This document shows positions 1-13,784 of a stretch of DNA of 64,000 nucleotides, one piece after another. Source of the DNA: Chrysomallon squamiferum (lineage: Eukaryota; Animalia; Mollusca). A program made the position numbers and the translations under genes. The DNA lies in NCBI GenBank assembly GCA_012295275.1, contig CM022677.1, positions 16,926,001 through 16,990,000 of the forward strand, in the 5' to 3' direction. The notes beneath the pieces are model-generated. The model was not told the DNA's origin. It saw nothing but the letters and a program-made list of their open reading frames with translations, and did not search any database. Within the stretch, counting starts at the first letter, position 1; every line of letters starts with the position of its first letter.

Positions 1-270
1 TTTAGTTTATTATGTCATTTCTGTTTTTCTATGTTTAAATTACTGTGTAATTGTCTGTTTACCAATGTATTTGTTTATTTATATTATTATTTTGTTTATT
101 ATGTCATTTCTGTTTTTCTATGTTTAAATTACTGTGTAAGTGTCTGTTTACCAATGTATTTGTTTATTTATATTATTATTTAGTTTATTATGTCATTTCT
201 GTTTTTCTATGTTTAAATTACTGTGTAATTGTCTGTTTACCAATGTATTTGTTTATTTATATTATTATTT
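1..270. repeat. Intronic tandem repeat, ~90-bp unit x3
   Basis: Unit tttagtttattatgtcatttctgtttttctatgtttaaattactgtgtaa... recurs at ~1, ~91 and ~180. Confidence 0.85.
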
Positions 271-360
271 AAATGATTGTGTCTAGATCTATTTATCAGC
301 CTATCTATGTGTTTGTTTATTAATGTACAGAATATTCATATTTTTCATACAAAATTACAG

Positions 361-650
361 GCTCTTGAAAAATGGTTAGATGAAGGGAAAGGAGAAAAGC
401 TTCTTCCTGGACTGAACTTCACACACAAACAACTTTTCTTTGTTAGCCTTGCTCAGGTAAATTTCAATTCCTGTAATCTAGTTATATTTACAAACAACTT
501 TTCCTTCATAACTTTCAATTAGTGCAGCTATTATTTCCAACAACAACAAGAAATATTAAATAAAACAAATAACTAAATAACTAAATAAATAAATAATAAA
601 TTCCTTGTTGGCTTTGCTCAAGTAAATTCCATTTATTCCTAGTTCTTTGT

Positions 651-709
<59 letters not shown>

Positions 710-710
710 T

Positions 711-745
<35 letters not shown>

Positions 746-1352
746 CGTCATCATCATCATTACTATTATTATTATTAATATTTGAGAGATAGTGCTCTTT
801 AACAATAAAAATGTCAGAAACAATCATAAATTTAAAGTAATCACTGCTAATAGCTGTGTATGTGTGTGTGTGTGTGTTTACATACATATCGGTGTGTGTG
901 TATATGTGTGTAAATATATATATATATATATTGATTTATTTCTATTACTGAAGGCATGGTGTGGCAAGTTAACCAAAAACGGTGCCAAGTACCAGATAGT
1001 TGCCGATGTTCACTCTCCTAACAAATTTAGGTAAGTAATTACTAATTACAGTATATATGTTCTAGAATAATAATAATAATAATAATAATGAAAATAACGA
1101 AGCTATGTTCATCGTTATATTTTTTCATTGTTTTGTTTCTTGTTATCAGTGGCTCTCCGTATTTACTTGCTTGTTTTCTTTTTTTCTTTTTTTTTCTCTT
1201 TTTTTTTTCTGTCTGTTCTTTCGAAGGAGGGTGGTGGTTGAATTTGTTTTCTAGATAATGGGGAAGTTATTTCATTAATATTGCTGCTGCTGTTATTACT
1301 ATCTATTATCTATTATTGTTGTTATTACTGCTGTTGCTGTTGTTACTGCTAT

Positions 1353-1384
<32 letters not shown>

Positions 1385-1600
1385 TTAAGTTCTCGAACTA
1401 TTTTTGTTACTACTATTGTCATACTTTTTTAATATCACCATCATTATCCACATTATTACATTTTGTTTTCTTCTTAGTACATATAAGTTATATTTTTCAG
1501 GATTATCGGTTCAGTTTCAAACAATGAGCATTTTGCTGAACAGTTTAAGTGCCCTGTCGGTTCTCCAATGAATCCAGAAAAGGAATGTCATTTGTGGTGA
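361..1600 (+). CDS. M13 family metallopeptidase (neprilysin/endothelin-converting enzyme-like), last three coding exons: 361-456, 954-1030, 1501-1600
   Basis: AG/GT-bounded, phase-compatible exons translate [32 protein letters not shown] / [26 protein letters not shown] / [32 protein letters not shown]. These match the M13 C-terminal motifs LPGL..T..QLFF, D.HSP..R and CP.GSPMNP...C..W. The 5' part lies outside the window. Confidence 0.95.
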
Positions 1601-2369
1601 AACGTTACTGGTGTCACAGTATGAATGAAACATGTCTCCATAATTATGTGTTGTATGTTTCTGTGATATTTCTATAACTTTTACTGTTTTTTTAAAACAA
1701 ATATTTACTGTTTTTGAAAATCCTGTGGCAGCACAAATAAACATTATTTTTTAAAATTCTTCGTATTATTATTATTTAGTTGTGTTTGACTGACCAATGG
1801 TTATTAATGCAAAATAATGATAACACTACTGATATAGATAAATACTGACACATGAACCTATATAATGAAAAATGAAACAAAAACCTGTGTCCTAAATAAT
1901 GAAAAAAACAACAGTCTGTGTCTTTGTTAAGAAAACATGAACCTGTCATTTGAATAAAGAAACACAGACGTGTCATGAATAATGAAAAATGGTTCTGCAT
2001 CCCAAATAACAGAATATTAATCTAAGCCTAAAACAGGGTAACATGAACATGTAATGAACTTGAACCTAAATCTTGAATAATTTTGTTTTAATATGACGTA
2101 GATACTGACACCTGAATGTACATCTTGAATGATGAAAAAGAATGATATAGCTTTAAAAAAGAAAACAGTAACGTATATCTTTAATATGGAAAATAAAATT
2201 AGTTTGAATAATGAAGTATTAGTCTGTCCTAAATACAGAAACCTGAACATATCTAGTAAAATGTAACGATAAAAAAAATGATGCCTTAAAAAATATAACA
2301 AGAACCTGTATTTTGAATAATTAAAAATGAACTTATATCTAGGAATGTGAAACAGAAACCTACATCTCG

Positions 2370-2520
2370 ATTAATAAAACGTTAGCCTGTGATAATAACG
2401 AAACATTAAGCTGTGTTAATAACGAAACATTAAGTTCTGTTAATAACGAAACATTAAGCTGTGTTAATAACGAAACATTAAGCTGTGTTAAGAACGAAAC
2501 ATTAAGTTATGTTAATAATT
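2370..2520. repeat. Minisatellite, ~23-24-bp unit x5-6
   Basis: taataacgaaacattaagctgtgt repeated; preceded by a more degenerate aaacatgaacctgt...gaataatgaaaa array from ~1850. Confidence 0.8.
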
Positions 2521-3385
2521 AGGAACATCATTGAACAAATGTCTTCTAAATTTTCATATCTAGGCAGATTTTATCTAATTTCACATATTTTTCGTAGATT
2601 TCTTTCATTTACAAAGCCTATTCAGTACGTTTGCAGACGCTATATACTGACTGAGGTTCAACACGAAACTTTAGTTTAGTGACTAAAATAATGCACTAAT
2701 GGGAATCGCTATACACCACAGCGGATCATATTCTAGTTATGCATTTCCATATTTGTTGATATTAATTTTTTCTTACCTCGTTCTGGTCCAGGACCTAACA
2801 CTAACTGTTCATTTGTAAGGCCTCTTGTATATGTCCAACGAATTCTCCACCATGAATTGCATAGTCAAGAAGTTCTATCCTTGATACTTTATCAATCTTT
2901 ATATATATAGCATTCATTTATAAAACATTCTGCCAATTCTTTTCGCGTTTAATTTGTGTGTATTTTGATGATTAAACAGATATGCAGCCTTCTAAATCTT
3001 CGTAAGTTGGGAGAGATATTCACTAATTTCCTCTGGTTTGCATAGATATGTTTCAGAGAGATCATTTTCCTCATGTATAGGTTTTCCATCGCGATCCCAG
3101 CTCGAAGTGAAAAGTTTAATAAATAAAAAGGCACCAATCGGGTTGGCTACGTAATGATTCGGATCTTTTAAAGTCTTCAAACAGTGCTTTTCCATTTATT
3201 TTTTTCTGAAATTGTTCTGAGTTAATCTAATTTCATTACGAATTATATACACGTGAGTAATTTCTTAATACGTTAGGCAAGACTTTTCCGTAAACTACAG
3301 AGCTGTTCAGGTGTGATACAGATGAATATAGCTCGGAATTCACAACTGATAATACAAGGAATAAAACGAAGTGTTGCCGACACAT
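2520..3385 (-). pseudogene. P4HA pseudogene (copy 1), N-terminal and PSB region only, with a possible second fragment at ~2520-2700
   Basis: ATG at 3385: MCRQHFVLFLVLSVVNSELYSSVSHL then a stop; DPNHYVANPIGAFLFIKLFTSSWDRD; IELLDYAIHG; multiple frameshifts. At ~2520-2620 NLRKICEIR*NLPRYENLED resembles the DLRKLKDIREYLPSYTDL segment again. Confidence 0.88.
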
Positions 3386-6314
3386 GTTTTGTTCGTCGTG
3401 TAAATGCGTTAAGTGAAGCGAGTTCATAACACATTTGCTTTATGAACAGGGTTTAATGAACGGCTCTCAAAACTAACGTCAGTCAGAAGTCACAGATATG
3501 GTTAAATTACAGAACATCTAAATGTAAATATTAATTTGGCTTATGTTGCTAATGAGGCAAGTCCATTTTCAAATTCGGTATGAAATAAACTCTATGGAAA
3601 TATCTTTTAAAAAATTGAAAATTGTTATTAACTAGAGATGAACAGTGAGAAGCTGTATTTGGTTTGTGGTACCACAAATAAATATACAGTAAAACAACTA
3701 AAGCAAGTTTATTAGATACTGCTATCATGTTCTGACCTGTGTTTTGCTATGATAAAACAGTCCGGGCTCTGGTTTTGAAATCAGAAAAGCGAATATTTGA
3801 AGTAAACAAAAACTTTGGTGAAATATTTTTAGCTGAAGTTGCTGTTGACTACTATATTTCAATGAACTGGTTAATGTTCATTAAGATAAACCGTATTGCG
3901 TTAGTGTTTACTTTAACGCTGTCTCTGAGTTAAAGATATATATTGTTTATAGGGTTGGTGCGTGTATGTATGCGTTGAATATTTTTATAATATATTTACA
4001 TGCATACTGCAGTTACTACTACAACTTCTACAGCTTTCACTATACCTTTCTGGAGTAGACTTCAAGGATTAGCTGAGTTTATGTATTGCATATTATTACA
4101 GTTTAATGCTGGTAGTCTTTCTAAGTAACATTTATATATATATAAACTAATAACAACAACTGTAAGATCAACAATAACAACAACAACATAATAATAATGC
4201 TATTATGCAACATACTAATGGCAGTAAAGATATTCTGTAATAATTCTGTAATAATAATAATAATAATAATAATGATCGTGATCATGATGATCATGATAAT
4301 AACGAAGCTATGATGATCGTTATATTGTTTCATTGTTTTGTTTCTTGTTATCAATGGCTCTTCGTATTTACTTGCTTGTTTTCTTCTTTTCTTTCTCTTT
4401 TTTTCTCTATATTCAACGCGTGTATGTATGCGTTGAATATTTTTATAATATATTTACATGCATACTGCAATTACTACTACAACTTCTACAGCTTTCACTA
4501 ACAAGGGTTATACAAACTCAGCTACTGTATCTACTAATAATTCGTATATTACTACAACTACCACTACTAAAACTACTGCTTGAAGTGTCATGCGATTAGG
4601 TAAACTATCCCGATACAAATTACACGAAAAGACTGGTGCCCCTTCTTAGGTAATATTCTTACAGCAAAATAATGAAACAGTGTTCAACCTCCTTCCACAT
4701 CGCTCAAATACGTGGGAACAAAGATGATTATGTGTTCTTTTAAAAGCTGATATTGTTTTTGTTGAGTGTTAAATCGGTTCTTTGTACGAGAGTGTTAAAC
4801 ATGGTGGGGGTAAATGTGTTTCAGCCATTAATAGCGTGGAGTAAAAAGTCCTACGGTAGTGTCGCTCTACAAACGCCTGGCTTAAATACTAACGAATCGC
4901 TTTTAGTTTAAGCACAGCTAGCAGGGTCAACGTTCGATCTTTATAATAGTGTGCATTTCGTCGCTGGCAACGGCTTATATCACAAGTTGTGTCTAAAAAT
5001 GCATTTTTCTTTGCCTTCAAACTAGTTTAAATATATATATATATTAATAATAAATGTCCGATAATAAAAGCTACAATTTCATAATCAAATGAAAGCTCAT
5101 TCAGTTACCTTTGGTGTGCATTTGGCGTGCAACAGCTCCGCATTTGAAACTAGGACGTGCTTAGCGAAATCGCCGTGAATCACGTTTTCAACAAAGCGAA
5201 ATCGCTGTAGATTTTATGCACAACTAGAAGGAACTGGAGCTATTTAAAATGATTATATTTCTACGTTGATTATATTTTTAACAACTTGTAGGCTGCATAT
5301 TTTCTGACTTTTACTGTATATAATATGAATTTGTTTAGAAATAAACAAATTAATATTGTGTTGTCCTCATTACGCTCTCTTCCATTCTAAATTAGGCGAT
5401 TGTTTTTGCTTTCATAATTCTAGCGATCAATGGCGAATTAACAATCGTTAACATAACAAACTATACTACAAAACAAAATAATGAATTCAGAATGCTGAAT
5501 AGAAAACTAATCACTTTTTTAATATCATAAATACTAAAAGTTTTAAAACTTAGATTATTTTTGCTTCTTGATAAGTTCGATCAGAGAAAATTTCAACAGT
5601 AGTCAAATGATGGATAACTTTTGTTTGCAGTGAAATCACAGCAAGTACAAAGCAAAGAACACTATTTAATATCTGCTTCAAATGACAGACGTTTAACATA
5701 TGTGTCTTTAACTGCCTTCAGTCTTCTGACTGTAATTATTTTACTGCTCCAGTTAGTACCAGCAATACCTTTCTGGAGTAGACTTCAAGGATTAGATGAG
5801 TTTATATATTGCAGAATATTTCAGTTAAAGATCAAATGCTGGTAGTCTTTTTAAGTAACATTTATATTTACAAACTGTATTTCTGCAGTGTAAAAACTTG
5901 GTTTTGTAATTCGTTTCAAGGTAATTCTTAAAATAAAACCTAACAATTAAAAGGACCCTGACTGCATGTTATCGATGACATCACGTTTAATTTCTAAATC
6001 AACAATAAAATAATATTTATTAAATAATTCTTCCTTTGTTTTGTTTTTTCGTTCAGCTGTTTAAAGTAGCCCATATAAACAAGTTAATGCATGTTTTGAT
6101 TTAATCAGTCACATTTCATCCCATTGGGCTTGTTTTTTTTCTTTTCTTTTTATATATAATGACATCAACAAAAGGTCTCAAACTATCTTCTAGTTCTTAA
6201 ATTCATAAACAAAATAAATACAAATATGACTTTCCATTAATATTAGCATTTCCATTTAAAATTAATTTTAAAAATAGTGCCTTTGTGTCATGCGTCAATC
6301 TTTTGAGAATGAGT

Positions 6315-6348
<34 letters not shown>

Positions 6349-8014
6349 TTTCCTGCACCAACTCAGGTCCTGACCCCAGTTGTTTTGTTTTTATACGCGA
6401 CAATAATTTTCTGTATGTAGCTTACAGGGGCCCTGCACGTGACACACATATCAGTAACAGCCAGAACGTCTTTATGTTTTCCCACTATGCGAATAAAAAG
6501 AAATACAATACATGCCGTGACAGTGGCTGGAACGGATGAACACTCAGGTTAAATAAGAAGACACAGTTTTAGCCCTTTTTATTTATTTGTTGTTAAGGAC
6601 AGGTCAGATAAAGTGACGATAAATGTGCTGTTCATACAAACACGGTACGATAGGGTGGAAACAAAAAACGTACTTCACGGTGGCTACAAAGAGGTAGAAT
6701 TGTACAGATACAATAATACCTTTCAGGTATTTGATAGGCAGTTCAGTTGGTGTTGCAGGTGTTCCAAGCAGCTTTTTCATTCAGTTTCAGGTGCCTCGTA
6801 TTTCAGAGATTAATGACTCGACTTTAGATGATCTTGTTACAGTGCAGTGTAGAAGGATATATATCTATTTTTTTTTTTTTTTATTATTATTATTATTTTT
6901 TTTTTTGGTCTTACAAACACAGATAAACATATAGAGAATCTATGTTTTTCTATATAAAGCTATGATTAAATCTAAAGCATATTCCAAAAACAGATATTAA
7001 ACTATTGAGCTATGTACGAGTTAACTCCCCTACAATTAAAAAAAAAAGAAAAGAAAAGAAAGTGAAGTTTTAGTTAAAATCTAATCATAACCGTGACTTC
7101 AAAACTAACTCTAACATGAATAAAACAATAACCTTAGCTTGAGTTATAATAGTTAATATTATCAGTGCATAACACAGCCGTATCCTGAAAAAACTATTTT
7201 GTCGAATGTGATGTCAGTACCTTAATGCTAACCCTTCAAAAGACTAATCCTAAGTCGTAGCAAATCGTAAACAAATCATCTGTCAGTACGAAATAAGAAG
7301 ATTTATTCACCATCACGTACATAATTTGTAAATTATACAGCAAAACAGAAATCCGACAAAGAAAGAAGAAAATAAAAATAAGAAGCATTAATAAATAAAT
7401 AAATAAATAAATAGCGAGAGAGATTTTATGAAGCGCAGAATACAGACATGATGTACAATGTTGTACAATCTATTCAATGCCTCTGCTTGCATATTTCTCG
7501 ATATAACCATTACTCTTGTCTACTTGATTAAACTGCTAATTTTACTGAACACTTTTGATATAACTGTAGAAACAGAAAACGATGTACAAGTTTTCACTTG
7601 AATTTCTCTCTCGCAATACCAGTTATTCTTTTAGGAGCTGATGTATTGTTTCCTGTCTCAAGAGAGGAAAGAAAAAGATAAGAAAAAACTGAGAAAAAAT
7701 ATACTTCACAAATGTATTCATGTACCTGTATATATTTTACATTTTAAACAATTCAAATACAAAAATATATGAAGTAAAGGATCCAATAACAGTTCTTAAT
7801 TTCATGTTAGTAAACACATATATAATTCATAATAGTTTTAAAGTCATACAAAAAGTGACAATATTCGATTTGATTTGTGACAAAATGTAAATGGACAATG
7901 TATATTTTCTTATATATAATTATCATATTTATTAGTATACTTCTTTTATTACATGGCAATTAATTTACAGAAAAAAGAAAAAGGAAACAATACAGAAATA
8001 AACCCAGAAATTAT

Positions 8015-10773
8015 TTATAATTCCATTTTGGCAGTGTCACAATATTTACAAGATTTTGTTTCGGGCACTGAAAATACCAAAGCAGGTATTTGTCCTCGTG
8101 TCACATCTGTAGAAAGTTTTCTTGTACTGAGATCAGATGGCTTTGACTCCGAAAAGCGACAAACAAAAGAGTCAACTTCAATTTCTGATTTACCATTGAT
8201 TCCATAGCATGTGCCTCCATCTCCTCCAGTAATAGTAACATACAAGCTGTACTGAGTGTCTTCAGTAATATGCAGTGAATCGTTGAACTCGACATAATAC
8301 TCTCCAAAAACGTGTTCACAGCTCTTTTTCAGTTCAGACCCGGCAAGTATTGTGTCTATTCCTGTGACTGTGACTTTGACGAAGACGCTGACGTTGTAAG
8401 TGTGTTCATCAGCGTTACCGTACAGTCGAAATCCACGAAGATAAGCTTCTTTGTTTACAGAAAAAGTAATGGCTTCATACTCTTTATCAGAACATGACCA
8501 GAAAGGACGTATTATTCTATTGAACCGGTTTATTGTAACGATTGGACGAATTATTGCAGATGCCTGAATTCCTATGTTAGGACCCGGTTGATCATGCATC
8601 TCCCAGTGTCTATACATATTGTTTTTTACTATCACAAATTCCAAGCGATCCTGTGTCTCTGACTCTATGAAATACTTCTGATTGCGTAATTGATCGTCAT
8701 TCGCGACCTCTCCCAGTGTTCCACGTCTCTTTACTCTTCTAGTCTGCTTTTCTGGGTTTTTTTCAAAAAATAATCCGTGACAAACGTCAGTAAAGTCATC
8801 CGACTTCAAAACTTCGTCGGCATTATCCAAAATGATACGCAGAGCTTTTCTTCTTTGATTATGTTCATAAAACAGGTGAGCTTTTTCCAGCACGAAGCAT
8901 GCTTTCTGCGACCAGCACGACAGAAACTTCGGCTTCAAATATTGAACACACTGCTCTTGTAATGTTGTGATAAGGTACTTCCTCGATAAATGCAGCAGAC
9001 AGGAGACGTTGTTCTTTGTTGTGACGACGGCATCCGTATAAAGATAGCTATGTGAAAGAATATAGTAACACTTTAAAACAAGAGATAATTATGGCAGATT
9101 AATAAATTAGAAAATAATTAGATTACTAACAAAAACTGTATTGCTATCAACGCTTGTGTCTGTGTGTATGCATCCCTTCCTTACTGTGTTTGTACGTGTT
9201 TCCGTGTGTCTGTGTATGTGTGTGTAATTTTTCGTGTTCTTTTTAGTGAGAGTATGCGTATGCTTTAACATACTTCAAAAAGTTTTCAAAATCGTCTTGC
9301 TTCATATCAGCTAATTTAAAGTCGTCTGGAACGTTTTTTTCTAATGTCTGATGGAAAACTTCGCTTCGTATCTTCAAAATAAAGCTATGTGCTTTAACGA
9401 CTGTTTCATTGTCGCCTATTCGAAATTCAATATCATTGTCTGTTTTGTTATTAAAAACGTATTTCAAACATTGAGTTAGTTTCCTTTCTGCCTGCCATGC
9501 TGAGGTTTCTGGTGAGGCGGCCACGTTTTCACTACAGAAAAAATAAAATAAAACACAAACAAATAAAACAACAAAAAAACAACAACAAACAAACAAAACA
9601 AAGCAAAACAAAAAAAAACCTATAAAAAGTGTAATAATAATAAGGACATAGGTTTGTGTCCGTCAAATCTGTTGTTAACAACTGTTGAGATAAAATAAGA
9701 GTAAGTCTGTAGTCACCGCTTCAGGACTACATATTTACAATTAGCTGGAAGTGCTATTTTATATAGACAATCCTATAAACAGAATAAAACGTGCCTATTC
9801 TGTTTCACTTTCCCGTTTGATCTGTATACGACTTCTTTTTTCTTTTTCCCTTTTCTGTTATTATTATTAAACAAGTTTGATGTTGAAAAATATCACTTAA
9901 GACAGAGCAGCTTTGTAAAGTCTCATGAAAAGCCACTACGATACAAATGCACGAATATAAAGCAATGAAAACCAGCGAAGTCATAAGTTACTGGCCCTTA
10001 GGACACTTTTATAGTAATGCTATTCATATAGAAAATAAATTATAAGTAGACCTTAATTTGCTCGCTGTATTGCGTATTATAATGATCCATTAAATAATTT
10101 AATAAAAGTCATAGGAGTATAGTAAGTTTTATTGACAATTCAGATAAGGGGGTCGGCTTCAGTGTGTGGAGGGCTTCAGTGTGAACAAATGGTGTAGAAA
10201 ATAGGACATGGCGCACATAACTACGGTAGTTTTAAGTGTGTTTCAAACAGGTTTTTCTTTGAGAATAAAATTGTATGCATTTCACGGATTAATGAGTCGT
10301 AGAGAGCAGCATTCATTCATGACACGTTCTAAACACGCTGTTATTTATACAGCATGATATTCTTACATGAAAATATTTACAGGAATTACTAATCTTAACA
10401 TTAAAAATAATGTTAAATCAAAGCTAACACCAACTCTGAATTAACCCTTATTGCAAATTCAACAACGTTTCTGATATTACTTACCTGAATGTTAGCTCTG
10501 CATCTGTTCACATAAACCTATGATTAACATTCTCGTTAAATTTAATCTGACAGCCTATCAGTAGCCTAAACCCTAATTATAACACCACCTCGCTATTCCC
10601 CTTAATGTTAACCCATCACAGATCTTAATATTATCCAACCACAATTCTGGACGGAACATAATTTCACCAAAGTATGTCCGGTACAGACTTATGGTTGGAT
10701 GATGTTATATAAAAACATAACTAATTAACTATCTAAATAAAAAAATAAATACTATTACTACTACTACTACTAC

Positions 10774-10810
<37 letters not shown>

Positions 10811-11545
10811 AATAAATAAATAAGTAAATAAGTAAATAAATATATATATTTTTTGTAATCTTATGCATACAGATGCTCGGTGAAGTCTTTCGACGACGAC
10901 TTCATAAAATTCACACACTGCTTTTCTAGTGTTCTGATGATGTACTTCCTCGATAGATTCAGAAGATCGGAGACGTTGTTGTCTGTTAGGTCGACGTCAT
11001 CCGTATAAAGATATCTGTGTAAAATAATGTATAGTAAGACTTTAAAACGAGAGATAGTGATGGAAGATTTATTAATTAGAAAATAATTAGATTACTAACA
11101 AAAGTTATTGTTATCAATGTTCGTGTCTGTATGTACGAATCTCTTCCTCACTTTGTTCGTACAGGTGTTTACTTGTGTCTGTGTTTGTGTTTGTTTCGTG
11201 TTTGTGTGTAGATGTTCTTGTTTTTTCTTTTTGTGTGTGTTTATGTGTGTGTGTGTGTGTGTGAGTGTGTGTGTGTGTGTGTGCTTTAACATACTTCAAA
11301 AATTCTTCAAAAACTTCTTGCTGCATATCAGCTAATTTAAAGTCGTCTGGAACAGGGTTTTTTAATGTCTGATTGAAAACTTCGCTTCGTATCTTCAAAA
11401 CAAAGCTATGTGCTTCAACAACTGTTTCATTGTCGCCTATCCGAAATTTAATATCACTGTCTGTTTTGTTATCAAAAACGTATTTCAAACATTCTGGTAA
11501 TGTCTTTCCTGCCTGCCATGTTGACGTTGGATCTGAGCTGGCCAT
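8015..11545 (-). CDS. BTB/POZ and PHR domain protein (BTBD1/2/3/6-like) with tandem BTB domains; predicted exons 11545-11295, 11014-10871, 9531-9274, 9047-8015 (~561 aa)
   Basis: BTB motifs SDIKFRIG...AHSFVLKIRSEVF...FEEFLKYLYTD occur twice. The PHR domain (AITFSVNK...GFRLYG...TDVTRGQIPALVF) is in the last exon. All junctions are GT-AG and phase 2 and join in frame. Confidence 0.85.
9640..10440 (+). repeat. ~800-bp direct duplicate of 14910-15740
   Basis: Long near-identical runs, e.g. ttgttaacaactgttgagataaaataagagtaagtctgtagtcaccgc...ttaatgagtcgtagag, in the same order at both sites. Confidence 0.9.
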
Positions 11546-11555
11546 GTTTAGACTA

Positions 11556-11588
<33 letters not shown>

Positions 11589-12197
11589 AAAGAAAGAAAG
11601 AAAGAAAGCCAAACAATAATAATAATAAAAATAGGAATAGGGACAGAAAGGGAAAAACTAATTATTCGAACATAGAACTGTAACAATTCATACAGATAAT
11701 AAATAAATAAATAAATAAATAAGATTGAAAAAAAAACAATAAAATAAAAGGAAAGAAAAAAAAAAAAAAAAAAAAACAACAATAACAAAAACAATAATAA
11801 TAATAATAAATATAAGTGTACATGTCTTACTTCTCTAATCTGTATATCAAAGTATTTATTTATTTATTTATTAACAATAGCGTTGTTGTTTTTATTTTGC
11901 TTTTTGTTGTTTGGGGATAAAGGTTTTTTATTTTTACTTTACTTTTTTATTTATTTTTTGATATTTTTTATTATTGTTGTTTTGTTTTTGTTTTTTCTCC
12001 TGTGGCGAAGTAATCCATACATAGATGAAATGTAATTATATATATATATATATATATAGTGTGCTACTTTTCGTCAGGTACTTTAATAAGGTTAATTAAT
12101 ATCTTAAACAATCCTTTATGTCCCGGTTAAGAATATTTCATGTCTAGACAACCAATGTTCAGATCGTGATATAAGTACTTTTACACACACATACACC

Positions 12198-12264
<67 letters not shown>

Positions 12265-12344
12265 ACACACACACACACACACACAACAAATAAAATAAAA
12301 TAAAACAATATAGAATACATTGTAGTTTCAATATTGCAGCCAAC

Positions 12345-12420
12345 CTGAAAAGTGCTGATTGGTAATTCCTTAGAAGATTTCCATTTAATGGTTAAAGTAT
12401 TGATCACTGAGGAGAAGGAC
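12345..12420 (-). other. Candidate 76-bp non-coding 5' exon of the BTB gene (copy A)
   Basis: Minus strand: pyrimidine tract ttttag|gtcc...ttttcag|gttggc; duplicated at 16222-16297. Confidence 0.4.
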
Positions 12421-12588
12421 CTAAAAATAAATAAAATAAAATAAAATAAATAAAATTAAATAAAACATTTTCATATAAAAATGTCGCATACTTTTTCAAG
12501 TAGCACATAGAATTACAACAGAATGATTACGAATATACTGACCATGTTGATGATATTGATGATTATGATAATGATGATGATGATGATG

Positions 12589-12642
<54 letters not shown>

Positions 12643-12781
12643 TGGAATAGGGAGAGAACGGGAAAAAGAAATTATTCGAACATAGAACTGTAACAATTCA
12701 TACAGATAATAAATAAATCAATAAGATAGAAAAAATAAGAAAAAAAGAAAGAAAAAGAAAAAAACAACAAAAACAATAATA

Positions 12782-12819
<38 letters not shown>

Positions 12820-12970
12820 GAAATGGAATAGGGGAGAGAACGGGAGAAAGAAATTATTCGAACATAGAACTGTAACAATACATACGGATAATAAATAAAT
12901 CAATAAGATAGAAAATATAATAAAAAAAAGAAAGAAAAAGAAAAAAACAACAACAAAAACAATAATAACA

Positions 12971-13063
<93 letters not shown>

Positions 13064-13693
13064 ACCTCCTACTAAAAATCATTTTAAACATTTCCGTGTA
13101 CAGATCAGCGTTCTTATATAGCGACTCACACTGTAATGATCAGTTTGTTATATTTCTATACAACTATGACCGGTACACGGACACATTTCAAAAACTAAAC
13201 AACTCTAATTTCTAACAAGCCGCTATTCTTATTATTATAATTATTATTATAAGCAGACATGTCTTGTCACAGTCAGGTAAAGATTATTTCACTGTGGGAC
13301 AATCGCAATGTACTTATGGTCATTTATACCAATTTACTCCTCCAAAAGACAAAACAACTATCCGAAAATGACAAATTTAAAACGAAACACTATATAAGAA
13401 AACAAAATAATAATAATAATAAAGTCAGAAAAATAAAGGAATAAGATGCGCTGTTTTTAAGGTAGAAAACAGTATAAAATATCTTTTAATTTAAAATTCC
13501 TGGTCGACAGTTTCTTATAAGCGACTTTTTTCTGTCTGTCGACTAGCTATAAATAACAAATTTCATCGAACCATGATAAATGAAATAAAACAATAAAATA
13601 AAATAAATAAATAAAATAAAAATGAAGTAAGCAATGTATAGCAAAAGACGTAAATAAAAACAATAATTGCCATAATAGTGTAGTAGTAGTAGC

Positions 13694-13733
<40 letters not shown>

Positions 13734-13749
13734 ATAGTAATACTAATAT

Positions 13750-13784
<35 letters not shown>

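Noticed and set aside
4600-5560. CpG-richer non-coding block that may be a transposon
   Set aside because: No terminal repeats, target-site duplication or coding remnant could be identified by eye.
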